Source of the DNA: a virus
IMG/VR virus record: IMGVR_UViG_3300048589_001082
Span: 36,465-100,464 of that record
Length of the DNA: 64,000 nucleotides
Direction: 5' to 3' (one strand)
Below are positions 63,926-64,000 of the stretch, piece by piece (the first letter of the stretch is position 1; each line of letters opens with the position of its first letter). The notes below the pieces were generated by a model that did not search any database, had not been told where the DNA came from, and saw only the letters and a program-made list of their open reading frames with translations. A program made the translations under genes and the position numbers.

Positions 63926-64000
63926 CTACAGGTAGAACTCCGAGGCGCGGACGATGAGCTGCGACCGCGACCAGCCCAGCTCCTCGGCCGTCTCGTCCAG
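63926..64000 (-). CDS. CopG/RHH protein, 3' end only
   Basis: LDETAEELGWSRSQLIVRASEFYL*. Confidence 0.6.
   Translation of the reverse strand: MDETAEELGWSRSQLIVRASEFYL

Noticed and set aside
1-64000. tRNA, rRNA, integrase, transposase, capsid or tail genes
   Set aside because: No supporting motifs seen by eye; structural genes probably lie beyond the left edge.

Overview
High-GC (roughly 70% by eye) tailed dsDNA phage segment, transcribed almost entirely on the minus strand. Read from 64000 towards 1 it carries: RHH and HTH regulators; an FtsK/TraB-like membrane ATPase followed by a GGTAGGA repeat locus; an antirepressor; parA with an RHH partner and a centromere-like array; an orphan atypical OmpR-family regulator; a replication initiator with internal iterons plus dnaB; many early/middle genes; a probable small terminase; and the large terminase, which is cut by the left edge. 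The early/middle region is dense in nucleic-acid modification genes: Dcm, Dam, a phage N6-MTase, a 1377-aa MTase-helicase fusion, a ParB-like + DPYG MTase pair, a DUF5131-like protein, a SPOUT MTase, two GNATs, and a SNF2-IbrA-GNAT-IbrB operon. No integrase, tRNA, CRISPR array or reverse transcriptase was seen. The partition and replication modules suggest a phage-plasmid. A Chloroflexota (Anaerolineae-like) host is inferred from protein style. The most notable non-coding structure is a 20-bp operator at five promoters, several promoter-sRNA-terminator units, a clt-like locus and heavy iteration of CGGCCG. Family names come from motif recognition, not database searches, and many start codons were re-picked by hand.
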